64,000 nucleotides of DNA from Meyerozyma guilliermondii (Eukaryota). Numbering within the stretch: position 1 is the stretch's first letter; each line of letters begins with the position of its first letter. The notes below the pieces were generated by a model. That model did no database searches. It had not been told where the DNA came from and saw only the letters and a list, made by a program, of their open reading frames with translations. Shown here piece after piece: positions 22,148-32,735 of this stretch. Location: the NCBI GenBank assembly GCA_051546255.1, contig CP128820.1, positions 62,001 through 126,000 on the forward strand. The letters are read 5' to 3'. The position numbers and the translations under genes were made by a program.

Positions 22148-25100
22148 ATGCATATAAAGCGTATTGTTATACAAGGATTCAAGACCTACAAGAATGCCAC
22201 GGTGATAGATTTGCTCTCGCCTCATCATAATGTAGTAGTGGGAAGAAATGGATCAGGAAAATCAAACTTTTTCGCCGCTATTCGATTCGTTTTATCCGAT
22301 GCTTATACTCATATGGAAAGAGAAGAGCGCCAGGGACTCATCCACGAGGGCAATGGAACCGTAATGTCGGCTTACGTGGAGATCATTTTCGATAATACTG
22401 ATCGAAGGCTTCCAATATCGAAGGATGAAGTCGCAGTTCGGAGAACCATTGGTCTTAAAAAAGACGACTATTCGCTCGATTCAAAGTCAGCGACGCGTGC
22501 TGATGTGATGAACATGTTGGAAAGCGCTGGATTCTCGCGTTCAAACCCCTACTATATCGTTCCTCAGGGAAAAATTACCGGTTTGACCAACTCAAAAGAC
22601 GCTGACAGGCTCGCTCTCTTGAAAGATGTCAGTGGGGCAAAAGTGTTCGAGACAAAGCTTAAAGAGTCACAGAAGGAGATGATGAACTCACATCACAAAC
22701 GAGACCGTATTGATGAAGCGTTGAAGTCGATCGATGACCGGCTTTCCGATTTGCAGATCGAATCAAAGGATTTCAAAAAGTACCAAACTTTGGACAGAAC
22801 GCGTAAAGTGCTCGAGTTTAAGATTTTTGACCGTGAGCTTTCGCAGTTGTCCAACCAAATTGATGAAATCATCGAGAAGCAAGACTCCTTCTCGGGAAAG
22901 TTACAACAGGACCTCGCCGAAATCGAAAAGAGAGAACGTGTATGCATCCAGTTGGAAGAAACCATCTCCAAATTGAACACCAGCCTCAAGGTAACGACTT
23001 TGGAACACGATCAAATAAATTCAGAGGTCAAGCAAAAACTCTCAGAACAAGCTGACAGAGAACTTAAACTTAAGGAATTAAAGACTCAACTCGAACGTGA
23101 TGAGCAGGAGGCTGCTCTGCTGAAGCATCTGATTCAGCATTATGAACAGCTTGTTCGAGAATCCGAAAATAAGCTTCAAGAATTGCGTCCAAGGTTAGAA
23201 AAGGAGCGAAAGAGAGAGTATGAGATACGAGCAGAATTGCAGCAATTATCTTCTAAGCAAAGAGCATTATATTCGAAGCAGAACAGGTTCCTGAAATTTT
23301 TTAGTAAAGATGAACGTGATCAATGGTTGCAAGAAGAAATCAAGACGCTCACCACCGAAGTTGCCGAGAAGGAGGCGAAACTCACCCCAATAAACGAGCA
23401 AGTTTCTCAAATGGAGGAAGAGATATCACAGTTTACTGAGAAGGTCAGCCAGTTGAACGACGTACTTTTAGGTGGCGATCGGGCTGATATATTACTGTCC
23501 TTGCGGAGCAAGAGTAGTGAACTCAAGGCACGTATCACTGAACTTACCGACAAGCGGAAGAGCCTTTGGAGAGATGAGATGAAATATCGAAGCATGCAAG
23601 ATTCATTAGCAAATGATCTTCAAAATGCCGAGCACACTGTTAACCAGACGATGGACCAGGCACAAGTACAGGGTCTAGCTGCTGTATCACGTTTAACACA
23701 ACAATTGAATTTGACAGATTCTGTATATGGACCTCTCGCTGAGTTGTTTCACGTTAATGACAAGTACAAGACGGCAGCAGAGCTCATTGCAGGAGGCTCA
23801 TTGTTCCATGTGGTTGTCGATAATGATAAAACTGCAGCCATTTTGATGGATGAGTTGATCAAAACTAAATCCGGAAGGGTGTCGTTTATTCCGTTGAACA
23901 GAATGAACCCACCTGTAGTATCTTATCCCGATGGCCAGGTACACAAGTGCATCCCTTTGATAAAGAAAATCAAGTATTCCGATGAGAATCTCGAACCTGT
24001 GATGCGGCAAATATTTGGTAGAGCATTGGTATGCAGCTCGTTAGCGAGCGGATCAGAACTAGCACGCCTGTTTAACTTAACTGCCATTACGCTTGACGGA
24101 GATAGAGCAGACAATCGTGGAGCTCTCACTGGTGGTTTCCGCGACTACAAGAGATCTCGGCTCGAAGCTTTAGAAATTCAGAAAAGAAAGAGAAATGATC
24201 TTAAGAAGACAGCAGATGACCTCGAAGAATGTTTGAATGCAATTGAGAAAGTGAATCAGGACATTACCGCTACGCAAAACTTGTTGCATCAAAACACGAA
24301 AGAATTGGAGGGCTTGGAAACATCCACCGAACCCATGAAAGAAAAGATAGCACAACTTGAGCAAAAGATTTCCAATAATCGCCAATCAGTAGATTCGCTT
24401 AACAGAACTATTGACACGCTTCAAAGCAACAAGGAAAGTTTACTCATGCGAATTGGACTACACAAGGAAGAATTGAACTCTGAATTTGCATCTTCGTTAC
24501 TGGCACAAGAGCTTCGTGAGTTGGAAACTATTAATGCAAGCATCGCTAAGACGGAAAGCGATCTTGATCGTGCTGTAACAGAAACGTCGGAGCTCGAAGC
24601 CTTGGTAACCCAGCATGAAGCAGAAATAACTGACAACTACAGACCTCATCTCCACGCGATCCAGGCACACAAATCTGCGGATAGTCACGAAATAAAACTC
24701 AAGATCCAAGAGGCCGAATATGGTTTCAATAATGTTCAAACCCAGGTGAGGGAAGTTCAAAGCAGAATGGAAAAGCTAGATTCTGAGGTACAGAAGTTGA
24801 CTTCTGAGCTCGACGACGCCAAAAAGTCATTGCAGGAAATGAATGAGCAACAGCTTCAAACAGCACAACAGATTGAAGACTTTAGAAAGTCGAACGAGAA
24901 AGATTTGTCGATGAAAACTGTTTTGGAAGCGAGAAAGGAGGAAGTGCAGAAGAGAATTCGTGATTTGGGAGCCATTCCAGAAGAAGCATTCCAGCTGGAC
25001 AAGTACGAAAAGATGTCTTCGAATCAGCTCATGAACAAGCTCACACAGTTGAGTAGTGAGTTGAATAACTATTCACACATCAACAAGAAGGCGGTTGAAC

Positions 25101-25780
25101 AGTTCTCCACGTTCAATAGACAGAGAGATGAGTTGAGCTCCAGAAGAGACGAATTAGAGCAGTCAAGAGAGTCCATTGATCAGTTGATATCCAATTTGCA
25201 ACTGCAGAAAGCCCAAGCGATCACCAAGAGTTTCAAGCAGGTGGCTCTTAGCTTTAAACAAATATTCGAAACTTTGGTACCTGCTGGAACAGGGAAATTG
25301 GTGTTGCACCATCAGTCAACTAATACTCAAAACGAGGAGGTGTCACGAGGAAATGAAACCGGCCTCGATGCTGAAACGTTGGATACTCTGTCATTTGATG
25401 TTAATGAGTTTACAGGAGTGTCGATATCTGTCTCATTCAACTCCAAACACGACGAGCAGCAACGAATCGAACAGCTTTCTGGTGGCCAAAAGTCATTGTG
25501 TGCTATTGCCTTAATACTTGCAATTCAGAAATGTGACCCTGCTCCTTTCTACTTGTTTGACGAAATCGATGCCAATTTGGATACGCAATACCGTACGGCA
25601 GTTGCATCCATGATAAATGTATTATCGAAAGGTGCCCAATTTATTTGCACAACATTCAGACCTGAGATGCTACAGGTTGCCGACAAGTTTTTCGGAATCA
25701 TGTACAGCAACAAGGTTAGTTCAGTAGCTGCTATCGACAAGGAAGAGGCACTTTCGTTTGTGGAGGGCCAAATAGTCTAA
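22148..25780 (+). CDS. SMC3: Cohesin SMC subunit 3
   Basis: MHIKRIVIQGFKTY, GRNGSGKSN Walker A, RRTIGLKKDDY acetylation KK, hinge, LSGGQKS signature, FYLFDEIDANLD. Confidence 0.96.
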   Translation: MHIKRIVIQGFKTYKNATVIDLLSPHHNVVVGRNGSGKSNFFAAIRFVLSDAYTHMEREERQGLIHEGNGTVMSAYVEIIFDNTDRRLPISKDEVAVRRTIGLKKDDYSLDSKSATRADVMNMLESAGFSRSNPYYIVPQGKITGLTNSKDADRLALLKDVSGAKVFETKLKESQKEMMNSHHKRDRIDEALKSIDDRLSDLQIESKDFKKYQTLDRTRKVLEFKIFDRELSQLSNQIDEIIEKQDSFSGKLQQDLAEIEKRERVCIQLEETISKLNTSLKVTTLEHDQINSEVKQKLSEQADRELKLKELKTQLERDEQEAALLKHLIQHYEQLVRESENKLQELRPRLEKERKREYEIRAELQQLSSKQRALYSKQNRFLKFFSKDERDQWLQEEIKTLTTEVAEKEAKLTPINEQVSQMEEEISQFTEKVSQLNDVLLGGDRADILLSLRSKSSELKARITELTDKRKSLWRDEMKYRSMQDSLANDLQNAEHTVNQTMDQAQVQGLAAVSRLTQQLNLTDSVYGPLAELFHVNDKYKTAAELIAGGSLFHVVVDNDKTAAILMDELIKTKSGRVSFIPLNRMNPPVVSYPDGQVHKCIPLIKKIKYSDENLEPVMRQIFGRALVCSSLASGSELARLFNLTAITLDGDRADNRGALTGGFRDYKRSRLEALEIQKRKRNDLKKTADDLEECLNAIEKVNQDITATQNLLHQNTKELEGLETSTEPMKEKIAQLEQKISNNRQSVDSLNRTIDTLQSNKESLLMRIGLHKEELNSEFASSLLAQELRELETINASIAKTESDLDRAVTETSELEALVTQHEAEITDNYRPHLHAIQAHKSADSHEIKLKIQEAEYGFNNVQTQVREVQSRMEKLDSEVQKLTSELDDAKKSLQEMNEQQLQTAQQIEDFRKSNEKDLSMKTVLEARKEEVQKRIRDLGAIPEEAFQLDKYEKMSSNQLMNKLTQLSSELNNYSHINKKAVEQFSTFNRQRDELSSRRDELEQSRESIDQLISNLQLQKAQAITKSFKQVALSFKQIFETLVPAGTGKLVLHHQSTNTQNEEVSRGNETGLDAETLDTLSFDVNEFTGVSISVSFNSKHDEQQRIEQLSGGQKSLCAIALILAIQKCDPAPFYLFDEIDANLDTQYRTAVASMINVLSKGAQFICTTFRPEMLQVADKFFGIMYSNKVSSVAAIDKEEALSFVEGQIV

Positions 25781-25848
25781 GCGATGAGCAAATACAATTT
25801 GAATGTGAATTAACGCTAGAACATTAATTGTAACATGGAGATAAATAC

Positions 25849-26516
25849 CTATTTAGCAGCTAACAAGCGTGTAAATTCCTGGATATCAATTTCACCGTCG
25901 TTGTTGGTATCAGCTTCCTTGATCATTTGGTCTACATCTGCGTCCGACAACTTCTCACCAATAGAGGTTAAAACGTGTCTCAATTCAGCAGCACTGATCT
26001 TACCGTCACCATTTCTGTCAAACACTTTGAAAGCTTCGGCAATTTCGGCTTCTGAATCGGTATCTTTCATCTTTCTTGCCATCATCGTCAAAAATTCGGG
26101 AAAATCGATGGATCCGTCACTATTGACATCTACTTCGTTGATCATGTCGGTCAATTCACTCTCGGATGGGTTCTGTCCAAGCGATCTCATCACTGTGCCC
26201 AACTCCTTGGTGGTGATCTTGCCATCACTGTCCTTGTCAAACAAGGAAAAAGCCTCCTTGAATTCGGCAATTTGCTGCTCAGATAGTTTTTCAGCCTGTG
26301 TTAGTCATTCCAGTTACTTTTTCAGGCTTTTAAACGGGTATAAAAAGAGGATTCATTTCGATACAAATTTGGCGAAACGCGATACACAAATTTACAATTG
26401 TTACCCTTTAAAAAAAGCGTCCAAAAACAATCCTGGAGTATCCACAAGGACTGCTTAATGTAAATCGATTCCCCTTGCAGTCTCGCACGTCTATTCCATC
26501 TAATTGCACTTACCAT
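25849..26516 (-). CDS. CMD1: Calmodulin, spliced: join(26514..26516, 25849..26295), 149 aa
   Basis: Four EF-hands; ATG directly followed by GTAAGT; intron ends GACTAACACAG; splicing gives [20 protein letters not shown]. Confidence 0.96.
26296..26513 (-). other. Spliceosomal intron of CMD1 (218 nt)
   Basis: 5' GTAAGT, branch GACTAAC, 3' ACAG. Confidence 0.92.
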
Positions 26517-26699
26517 TTGTACACGTAATTATTGCTACGAGTCGTGTTTTCAATGAATCGGGAACTCGCGCGCCTGCCTGCAGGACGAATGACACCTAAA
26601 TTTAGACGTGTGCAGGATTCGCGCCTTGACTTTCGCCGTAATCAGGTCAAATTCGCGATGAGACGGCTGCGGTTACGATAATGATCCGGCGAAGTAAAC

Positions 26700-29600
26700 A
26701 TGCACACGCAGGACTCACAACGGCTGGATGACCAGTATCTGCAATATCTCCACTCGCTAGACGACGAAGAGCTTCTTAAACATATAAAGACTCTTCTGCA
26801 GGGAATTACTGAAAATGAAAGGCAACTTCCTGCTGCTCAATCAACACCCTCTGGGCCCAAAATCAGGTCTCAGGTCTCAAATGCAAGCTCAGATCCATTC
26901 GACGATGGCCTAGATAACGTTCTTCAAGACATAAGTGTTCCAGCTCCTTCTCCGGTTCCGAATCCGGCTCCGAATGGTGTTCACAGAAACACAGTTCATT
27001 CTTCGCCCACCAAAGGCGATAACGAAGTCGAAGCATCAGCAGCCATTGCTGCTTCTCTTGAGAGTGACAGTCTGTCAAGCGAAGAGGAAAAATACAAACC
27101 AAGTGAATTCGGTGATTACGGATCGTACTTTCAAAAGAAGAGAATAAAACAGCAAGAAACGGATGAAGCCTACGTCAAGTGGGATAGAGAGCGGCGGAAA
27201 ATACAAGGTGAAGAGAGCTTCAACTCGGAAATCTTCAAGGGATGTGCTGTGCATGTCAATGGACACACTGAACCACTGATGGCTGAAATCCACCGACTAG
27301 TAATTATTCATGGTGGAACATTTATTGGGTATCTTTTGAACAAGGGAGTTGCAACACACATAGTTTGTGACAGATTGACACCTCGAAAACGAATCATGTT
27401 CAAAAACTACAGGGTGGTCAAAGCTCAATGGATCGTGGACTGCGTAGCAAAGGGCCAGCTCCTTCCCTGGGAGGACTATAGGCTTATTGACAATGTTGCG
27501 TATGATCAAAGCCGACTCTCGTTTGCAAAGGTGATCCGAGAGGAAGAGAAAGTGGAAGAGAAAGAGGAAGAGAGCAAGAATGACAAAGACGATGCCGAAG
27601 AAGATAAGTTTGAGGAAGAGGCTGAGGAGTTTGAGGATGAACCCAGTCCTCTAGAACTGCAAAAAGAACAAGACATGCAAGAAGCATCACAGGAAAGTCG
27701 CAAAGAGTACATCACTTATATCAACGAACGTCAGAGGAGCGATCAGAAAACAACCTTTGATGCCAAACATCCGGATTTCATTGAGCATTTCTTCTCGAAC
27801 TCACGGCTTCATCACCTCAGCAGCTGGAAAGCAGACTTGAGACGTCAATTTCTAAGGCGTATAATTGGAACAAAGCAATTTACGGAACACAAGGGTGTAA
27901 AAACTGGCAAAAGCGTTATACTTCATGTGGATTTTGATTCATTTTTTGTCACAGCCTCCTGCTTGAGCCATCCAAATCTTGACATAAAGAAGCAGCCCAT
28001 AGCTGTTAGTCATGGAACCAAGACCTCAGATGTGGCCAGTTGTAATTATGTTGCAAGACTGTTTGGCATTAGAAATGGTGAATGGGTAGGTCGGGCGATG
28101 AAAAAGTGTCCCGAATTGATTGTGATAGAATATGATTTCGATGCTTATGAGCGATGTTCCAAAGAACTATACAATTTTTTGATTGACTCCAAGATTTTCG
28201 ATTCTGTGTTTCCTGTGCTGATTGACGAGGTGTTGCTCGATGCTACAACTTATTGCTCTAATTCGTTCAGTGACAGCACTTTTGAACAACGAGTCCACGA
28301 CCTAAGCAAAATGATCCGAGAGAGAGTCTATGAGTTGACACTGTGCCCAGTCAGTGTGGGTGCATCGTATAACGTTCTTCTTGCAAAACTTGCACTTCGA
28401 AAAGCAAAACCAGATGGTCAATTTCAGCTCTTTGATAATGTGGAGCAGTTCTTAACTGACATCAAGGTCAATGATCTACCTGGCGTTGGCTATAGTCACT
28501 CGGAAAAGTTGCAAGAAATAATGAATACCTCTAGTATTCCTACTGCCGGAGAAGTCAGACAGCTCTCACTCACGAAACTTATCAATGTTCTCGGAGAAAA
28601 GACAGGCCAAAAGCTTTACAATTATGCAAGAGGAATCGATCTGACATCAATAAATATCGACTTGACCAACAAAGAAGCAGTTTTAGGCCGCAAGTCCGTA
28701 TCTGTTGATGTCAACTATGGTATTCGGTTTGATACCGTTTTACAGCTTGATGATTTCTTCATGAGACTTGCTAAAGAATTGTACAAAAGGCTAATATCGC
28801 TAGGCATCTGTGGATCACAAGTAACTCTCAAACTAGCCAAGAGAGCCGCTGGTGCTCCAGTAAACCCGCCAAAATACCTTGGTATGGGTCGGTGTGATTT
28901 TGTTAGCAAATCTTCAAGACTTGGTATCCCCACTAATGACTGGGGTGTTGTTGGTTCAGAACTCAAATCATTGTACAGAATGTCTCAAGTCCCTGTTCAA
29001 GATTTGCGTGGCATCGCTGTAACTATGACAAGACTTGAAGACGTGGACTCCTTGGCCAAATCGAAGCAAGCTCAACTACCATTTTACCGCTCATCTGATG
29101 GACCTGTTGAGAAACAGAAAACACCTGTACGCAAACAAAGTAAGGAAACCAAAGTAAGTAGGGAAGATGTGGCTAATTTGGGAATAGACTGGGATGTCTT
29201 GCAAGAGCTACCTCCAGAAATTCGAACCGAAATTGAAAGCGAGTTGAATCGTCGAAATCTAGGGTCCAGCAGGTTAAATAAAGCTCGAGGAAAGGCATAT
29301 CTCCAGCAGCTTTTCCCTTCACAAGCTGGAGCACCGGCACCATATATTCGGACTGTTGAAGCCAAGAGTTCTCCTAAGAAACGAAAAACTGCCTCCAAAT
29401 CACCACTGCCTCAGAAACCTCGAGAACCTGTCGTGTTCAGCGAGAACAGCTCGTATGATATGTCGGTTCTTGACCAACTTCCACTGTCTTTACAAGAGGA
29501 AATCAAGAGGGACATTGAGTATAAGAAAAAGATCAAGAAATACGACACCACGTCGATGAGAGACAAGCTCATGAACGTCAAAAGACTGATAGTAAAAAGC

Positions 29601-29996
29601 ATAGACGATGAATGGCTCTCTACAAGAGCGTCATTGAGCACTTTGCCCAAGTTTCAAGGTGAAACCTTATCGGTTCGTACCATCATGATCAAGATCAAAG
29701 AATGGATTGAGATGTCGTTGGAACAACAAGGTCCACACCGCGATGATGTGGAACTATTCATGACATTCTACAAGGATCTTTTGGCACAAAACGATATCTT
29801 TAGGTGTCTTTCAATTGTGAAACACATCAAGCTTCAACTAATTAAGCATCAGGCAAAAGTGAACTACGAACCCAATGACTTTGTCGAAATAGGATTGAAC
29901 GAATGGAAGCTGATACTACAAGACAAGATAATCGCTGCATTTAAAAGCCATTGCGAGCACAATAACCTCAAAGTAGATAACGAGTATGTAACATGA
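26700..29996 (+). CDS. REV1: Y-family translesion polymerase / deoxycytidyl transferase
   Basis: N-terminal BRCT (VHVNGHTEP...WIVDC), SRLHHLSSWK, HVDFDSFF, ASCNYVAR, V(S)IDE, ubiquitin-binding-type LPPEIR repeats. Confidence 0.95.
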   Translation: MHTQDSQRLDDQYLQYLHSLDDEELLKHIKTLLQGITENERQLPAAQSTPSGPKIRSQVSNASSDPFDDGLDNVLQDISVPAPSPVPNPAPNGVHRNTVHSSPTKGDNEVEASAAIAASLESDSLSSEEEKYKPSEFGDYGSYFQKKRIKQQETDEAYVKWDRERRKIQGEESFNSEIFKGCAVHVNGHTEPLMAEIHRLVIIHGGTFIGYLLNKGVATHIVCDRLTPRKRIMFKNYRVVKAQWIVDCVAKGQLLPWEDYRLIDNVAYDQSRLSFAKVIREEEKVEEKEEESKNDKDDAEEDKFEEEAEEFEDEPSPLELQKEQDMQEASQESRKEYITYINERQRSDQKTTFDAKHPDFIEHFFSNSRLHHLSSWKADLRRQFLRRIIGTKQFTEHKGVKTGKSVILHVDFDSFFVTASCLSHPNLDIKKQPIAVSHGTKTSDVASCNYVARLFGIRNGEWVGRAMKKCPELIVIEYDFDAYERCSKELYNFLIDSKIFDSVFPVLIDEVLLDATTYCSNSFSDSTFEQRVHDLSKMIRERVYELTLCPVSVGASYNVLLAKLALRKAKPDGQFQLFDNVEQFLTDIKVNDLPGVGYSHSEKLQEIMNTSSIPTAGEVRQLSLTKLINVLGEKTGQKLYNYARGIDLTSINIDLTNKEAVLGRKSVSVDVNYGIRFDTVLQLDDFFMRLAKELYKRLISLGICGSQVTLKLAKRAAGAPVNPPKYLGMGRCDFVSKSSRLGIPTNDWGVVGSELKSLYRMSQVPVQDLRGIAVTMTRLEDVDSLAKSKQAQLPFYRSSDGPVEKQKTPVRKQSKETKVSREDVANLGIDWDVLQELPPEIRTEIESELNRRNLGSSRLNKARGKAYLQQLFPSQAGAPAPYIRTVEAKSSPKKRKTASKSPLPQKPREPVVFSENSSYDMSVLDQLPLSLQEEIKRDIEYKKKIKKYDTTSMRDKLMNVKRLIVKSIDDEWLSTRASLSTLPKFQGETLSVRTIMIKIKEWIEMSLEQQGPHRDDVELFMTFYKDLLAQNDIFRCLSIVKHIKLQLIKHQAKVNYEPNDFVEIGLNEWKLILQDKIIAAFKSHCEHNNLKVDNEYVT

Positions 29997-30069
29997 AAAT
30001 TATAACGAGTACTTAACATGACAATTGTCGCGAACTTTTCATTTTGCAACATTAGATCAACTATGAAGC

Positions 30070-31227
30070 ATGGACTCGTATGTCAACCGTAGAATATGGA
30101 ATACCATTTCCGACCATATGGATGAGATCACTGATCTCTTGCCCTCCAACACGGGCAGAATGTCGCTCACAACTTCCTTAACTCGAGCTTTAAAAGTTGA
30201 TCTTGGATGCGATGTAGTTGAAGCTAAAGATGCAACCGATAAAGAATTGACGAGTTTTCACGGAAAAGAGTTTGTGACCGAATTGCTAAGGCAGAGAGGA
30301 AGCAACGTTGAGGAAATTGACGACGAAAAGGAAGCTCATTTCAATAAAACAAGCCATCTTGAAAAATTTGGTCTTGTCTACGATTGCCCACTTTTCTGTG
30401 GATTGGACAGATATGTCAGGGCTGTGGCAGGATCTAGTATCAATTCCGCGAGGAAACTTCTATCAGATACAAAAGACCATCTATTAGCCATCAATTGGTA
30501 TGGGGGAAGGCACCACTGTCAAAAGAACAGAGCAGCTGGATTCTGTTACGTTAACGATATTGTCATGGCTATCAATGTACTTCGACGAAGGTACCGCAAA
30601 GTTTTCTATCTTGATCTTGATCTCCATCACGGTGATGGGGTAGAATCTGCTTTTGAGCACTCTAGCAGTGTTTTAACATGTTCTATTCACCGCTATGACG
30701 TTGGGTTCTTTCCTGGAACTGGTAGTTTAAAGAGCAATACTGCTACCAAGGTCAATATTCCAACAGAGAAAGGACTTTCAGACAAAACTTTGGCCACAAT
30801 TATGGCAGAAATCGTCTATCCAGTCATTCTGAAATTCAAACCTGATGCTTTTGTTGTACAATTAGGCTGCGATGGTCTCTCTACAGATCCAGCTAAGGAA
30901 TGGAATTTGACTATTCAGGGTATGGGAAGCATAGTTGAAGATCTCTTGCGGTTTGTGGAGCCAAAACCATGTCTTTTTCTTGGCGGTGGAGGATACAACC
31001 ATACAGAAGCTGCCAAGTTTTGGACATATATTACCAGCATAATCTCAGGAATCGACACTGTTCGCAATATTGACGAAATACCAGACCACAAACATTTGGA
31101 AGAATACGAGCACGATGGCTACTTGTTCTGGACTCCCAAGAATACGACAGCTCGAAGTATTGCGGACAGAAACACTTCTAATTACCTTCATGAAGTCAAG
31201 ACAACAATCTTGACCAATTTTTCATAA
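30070..31227 (+). CDS. HOS1: Class I histone deacetylase, Hos1 type
   Basis: GGRHH, GFCYVND, DLDLHHGDGVE, GFFPGTG, LGGGGY; lacks an Rpd3-type tail. Confidence 0.85.
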   Translation: MDSYVNRRIWNTISDHMDEITDLLPSNTGRMSLTTSLTRALKVDLGCDVVEAKDATDKELTSFHGKEFVTELLRQRGSNVEEIDDEKEAHFNKTSHLEKFGLVYDCPLFCGLDRYVRAVAGSSINSARKLLSDTKDHLLAINWYGGRHHCQKNRAAGFCYVNDIVMAINVLRRRYRKVFYLDLDLHHGDGVESAFEHSSSVLTCSIHRYDVGFFPGTGSLKSNTATKVNIPTEKGLSDKTLATIMAEIVYPVILKFKPDAFVVQLGCDGLSTDPAKEWNLTIQGMGSIVEDLLRFVEPKPCLFLGGGGYNHTEAAKFWTYITSIISGIDTVRNIDEIPDHKHLEEYEHDGYLFWTPKNTTARSIADRNTSNYLHEVKTTILTNFS

Positions 31228-31243
31228 CTATTCGAACGGAGGC

Positions 31244-32623
31244 TTAGTCGAACTCGAATCGTGGCTTCATAACACGATTCCAGTTTTCGTTCCATCGTGT
31301 ATGGCTTTCCTCTATAGCTCCATTTTTGAGGCGGTTCAACTTTTCTTGGTCCCTGAAAAGATGCTCCAAATGCTGGCAAATGACCTTTGCCTGATCTTTC
31401 CCCGTGACAACGACTCCATTATAGTCATGCTTCACCAACTCGTCTATAGCGGGAAAGTCCAAAGAAATAACCGGAATGCCGCAACCAAAAAAGTCGACGA
31501 TTTTCATGGGTAGATCAATACCACTGGATGATGTGTGTAAAGAAACACCAAGGTCAGCTATGGCAAGTACTACTGGATAATCTTCAACACTGAGCCATGC
31601 TGTCTTGACGATAACTTTTTTCAGGAACCGAAGGTCCTTTACTCTTTCCCTGAATGCTTGCTTCAAAGGACCCTTCCCTGTAACGATCAAAAGTAAAGGT
31701 TCGTTTTTCTCTGATGAATCGTAATACTTCAAGGCATCCAACAAAATATTGAAATCCTCATCTGGGGTGAATGAAGTGGAGCTGACCAAAATCTTGTACT
31801 TGTCGACGCCGGTAATGTCTTGGAAGAGAGGATGTGAGTTGAGAATGTCCATTTTAGTGGTTTCAAGTTCTTGCAATGGCTTGAACGAAGATGCTGGTCT
31901 ATCATGTAATGTGGAGATTTTTTTCGAGTTCATGCCAAAATCACTCACAAGGAATCGTTTCATTCGTTTTGTAACTGTCAAATTGTAGAATGCAAATCTT
32001 CCAAGTATCATTTCGTACAACTTTAAAAACCGAACCAATGGGTGGTTTTCATTATTATATTTGAGGTTGAGGATGCTGTAGTTGAGATTGTGCCAATCTA
32101 TAATGATTTTTGTGTTTCTACTGAACAATTTCACAAAAATTATGCTGATGAGAAGAAGTGGCATTGATGGAGGGTTTTGGATCATGATGTAGTCTATTCC
32201 ACGCAACTCGAAAAGCAAGGAAAACAAAGACACTACTTGCATGCAAATTTTCTCAATTGCAAAGAGAAGAAATGGCAATCCATGGTTTTCCACCATTGGA
32301 ATGGCTTTGATATCAATATTCACATCTTCAAGAATCTCATCTGAGGGTTCACTTTGCAAGTATCCACACAACGAGACGTAGTAATTGAGCTTTGAAAATG
32401 AAAGCGAATGGTAGCACATACGCGGAGAATGACCCAAATCGCCAAGAACTATAATAGCGATCGATTTTCGGTTACCAGAAAGAGTCCTTTTGGCAGTGAA
32501 AAATGGCAAGATGAAGTAGGCCAAAAGTGGTAAACATAAATAGAACGCCACGAGGTATTTGACCGACCAGCCGCCCCAGCTGAATGCCAGCTCAAAACCT
32601 TTGTATTTGATGAACTCTCCCAT
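31244..32623 (-). CDS. ALG1: Chitobiosyldiphosphodolichol beta-1,4-mannosyltransferase
   Basis: VLGDLGHSPRMCYH, QNPPS, IDWHN, SSTSFTPDEDF, HTSSSGIDLPMKIVDFFG. Confidence 0.95.
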   Translation of the reverse strand: MGEFIKYKGFELAFSWGGWSVKYLVAFYLCLPLLAYFILPFFTAKRTLSGNRKSIAIIVLGDLGHSPRMCYHSLSFSKLNYYVSLCGYLQSEPSDEILEDVNIDIKAIPMVENHGLPFLLFAIEKICMQVVSLFSLLFELRGIDYIMIQNPPSMPLLLISIIFVKLFSRNTKIIIDWHNLNYSILNLKYNNENHPLVRFLKLYEMILGRFAFYNLTVTKRMKRFLVSDFGMNSKKISTLHDRPASSFKPLQELETTKMDILNSHPLFQDITGVDKYKILVSSTSFTPDEDFNILLDALKYYDSSEKNEPLLLIVTGKGPLKQAFRERVKDLRFLKKVIVKTAWLSVEDYPVVLAIADLGVSLHTSSSGIDLPMKIVDFFGCGIPVISLDFPAIDELVKHDYNGVVVTGKDQAKVICQHLEHLFRDQEKLNRLKNGAIEESHTRWNENWNRVMKPRFEFD

Positions 32624-32735
32624 ATTAGATACAATGGCTAAAACGCACCTAGTTTTAGATATCGTGGGTCGCTAGTGTGCGTGGGTGTATGGATGTACAG
32701 TATATCAGTAATTTGCTGCAACTATTTCTAATCTA

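Noticed and set aside
26322..26516. 64-aa ORF MVSAIRW...
   Set aside because: It is the CMD1 ATG read through into its intron.
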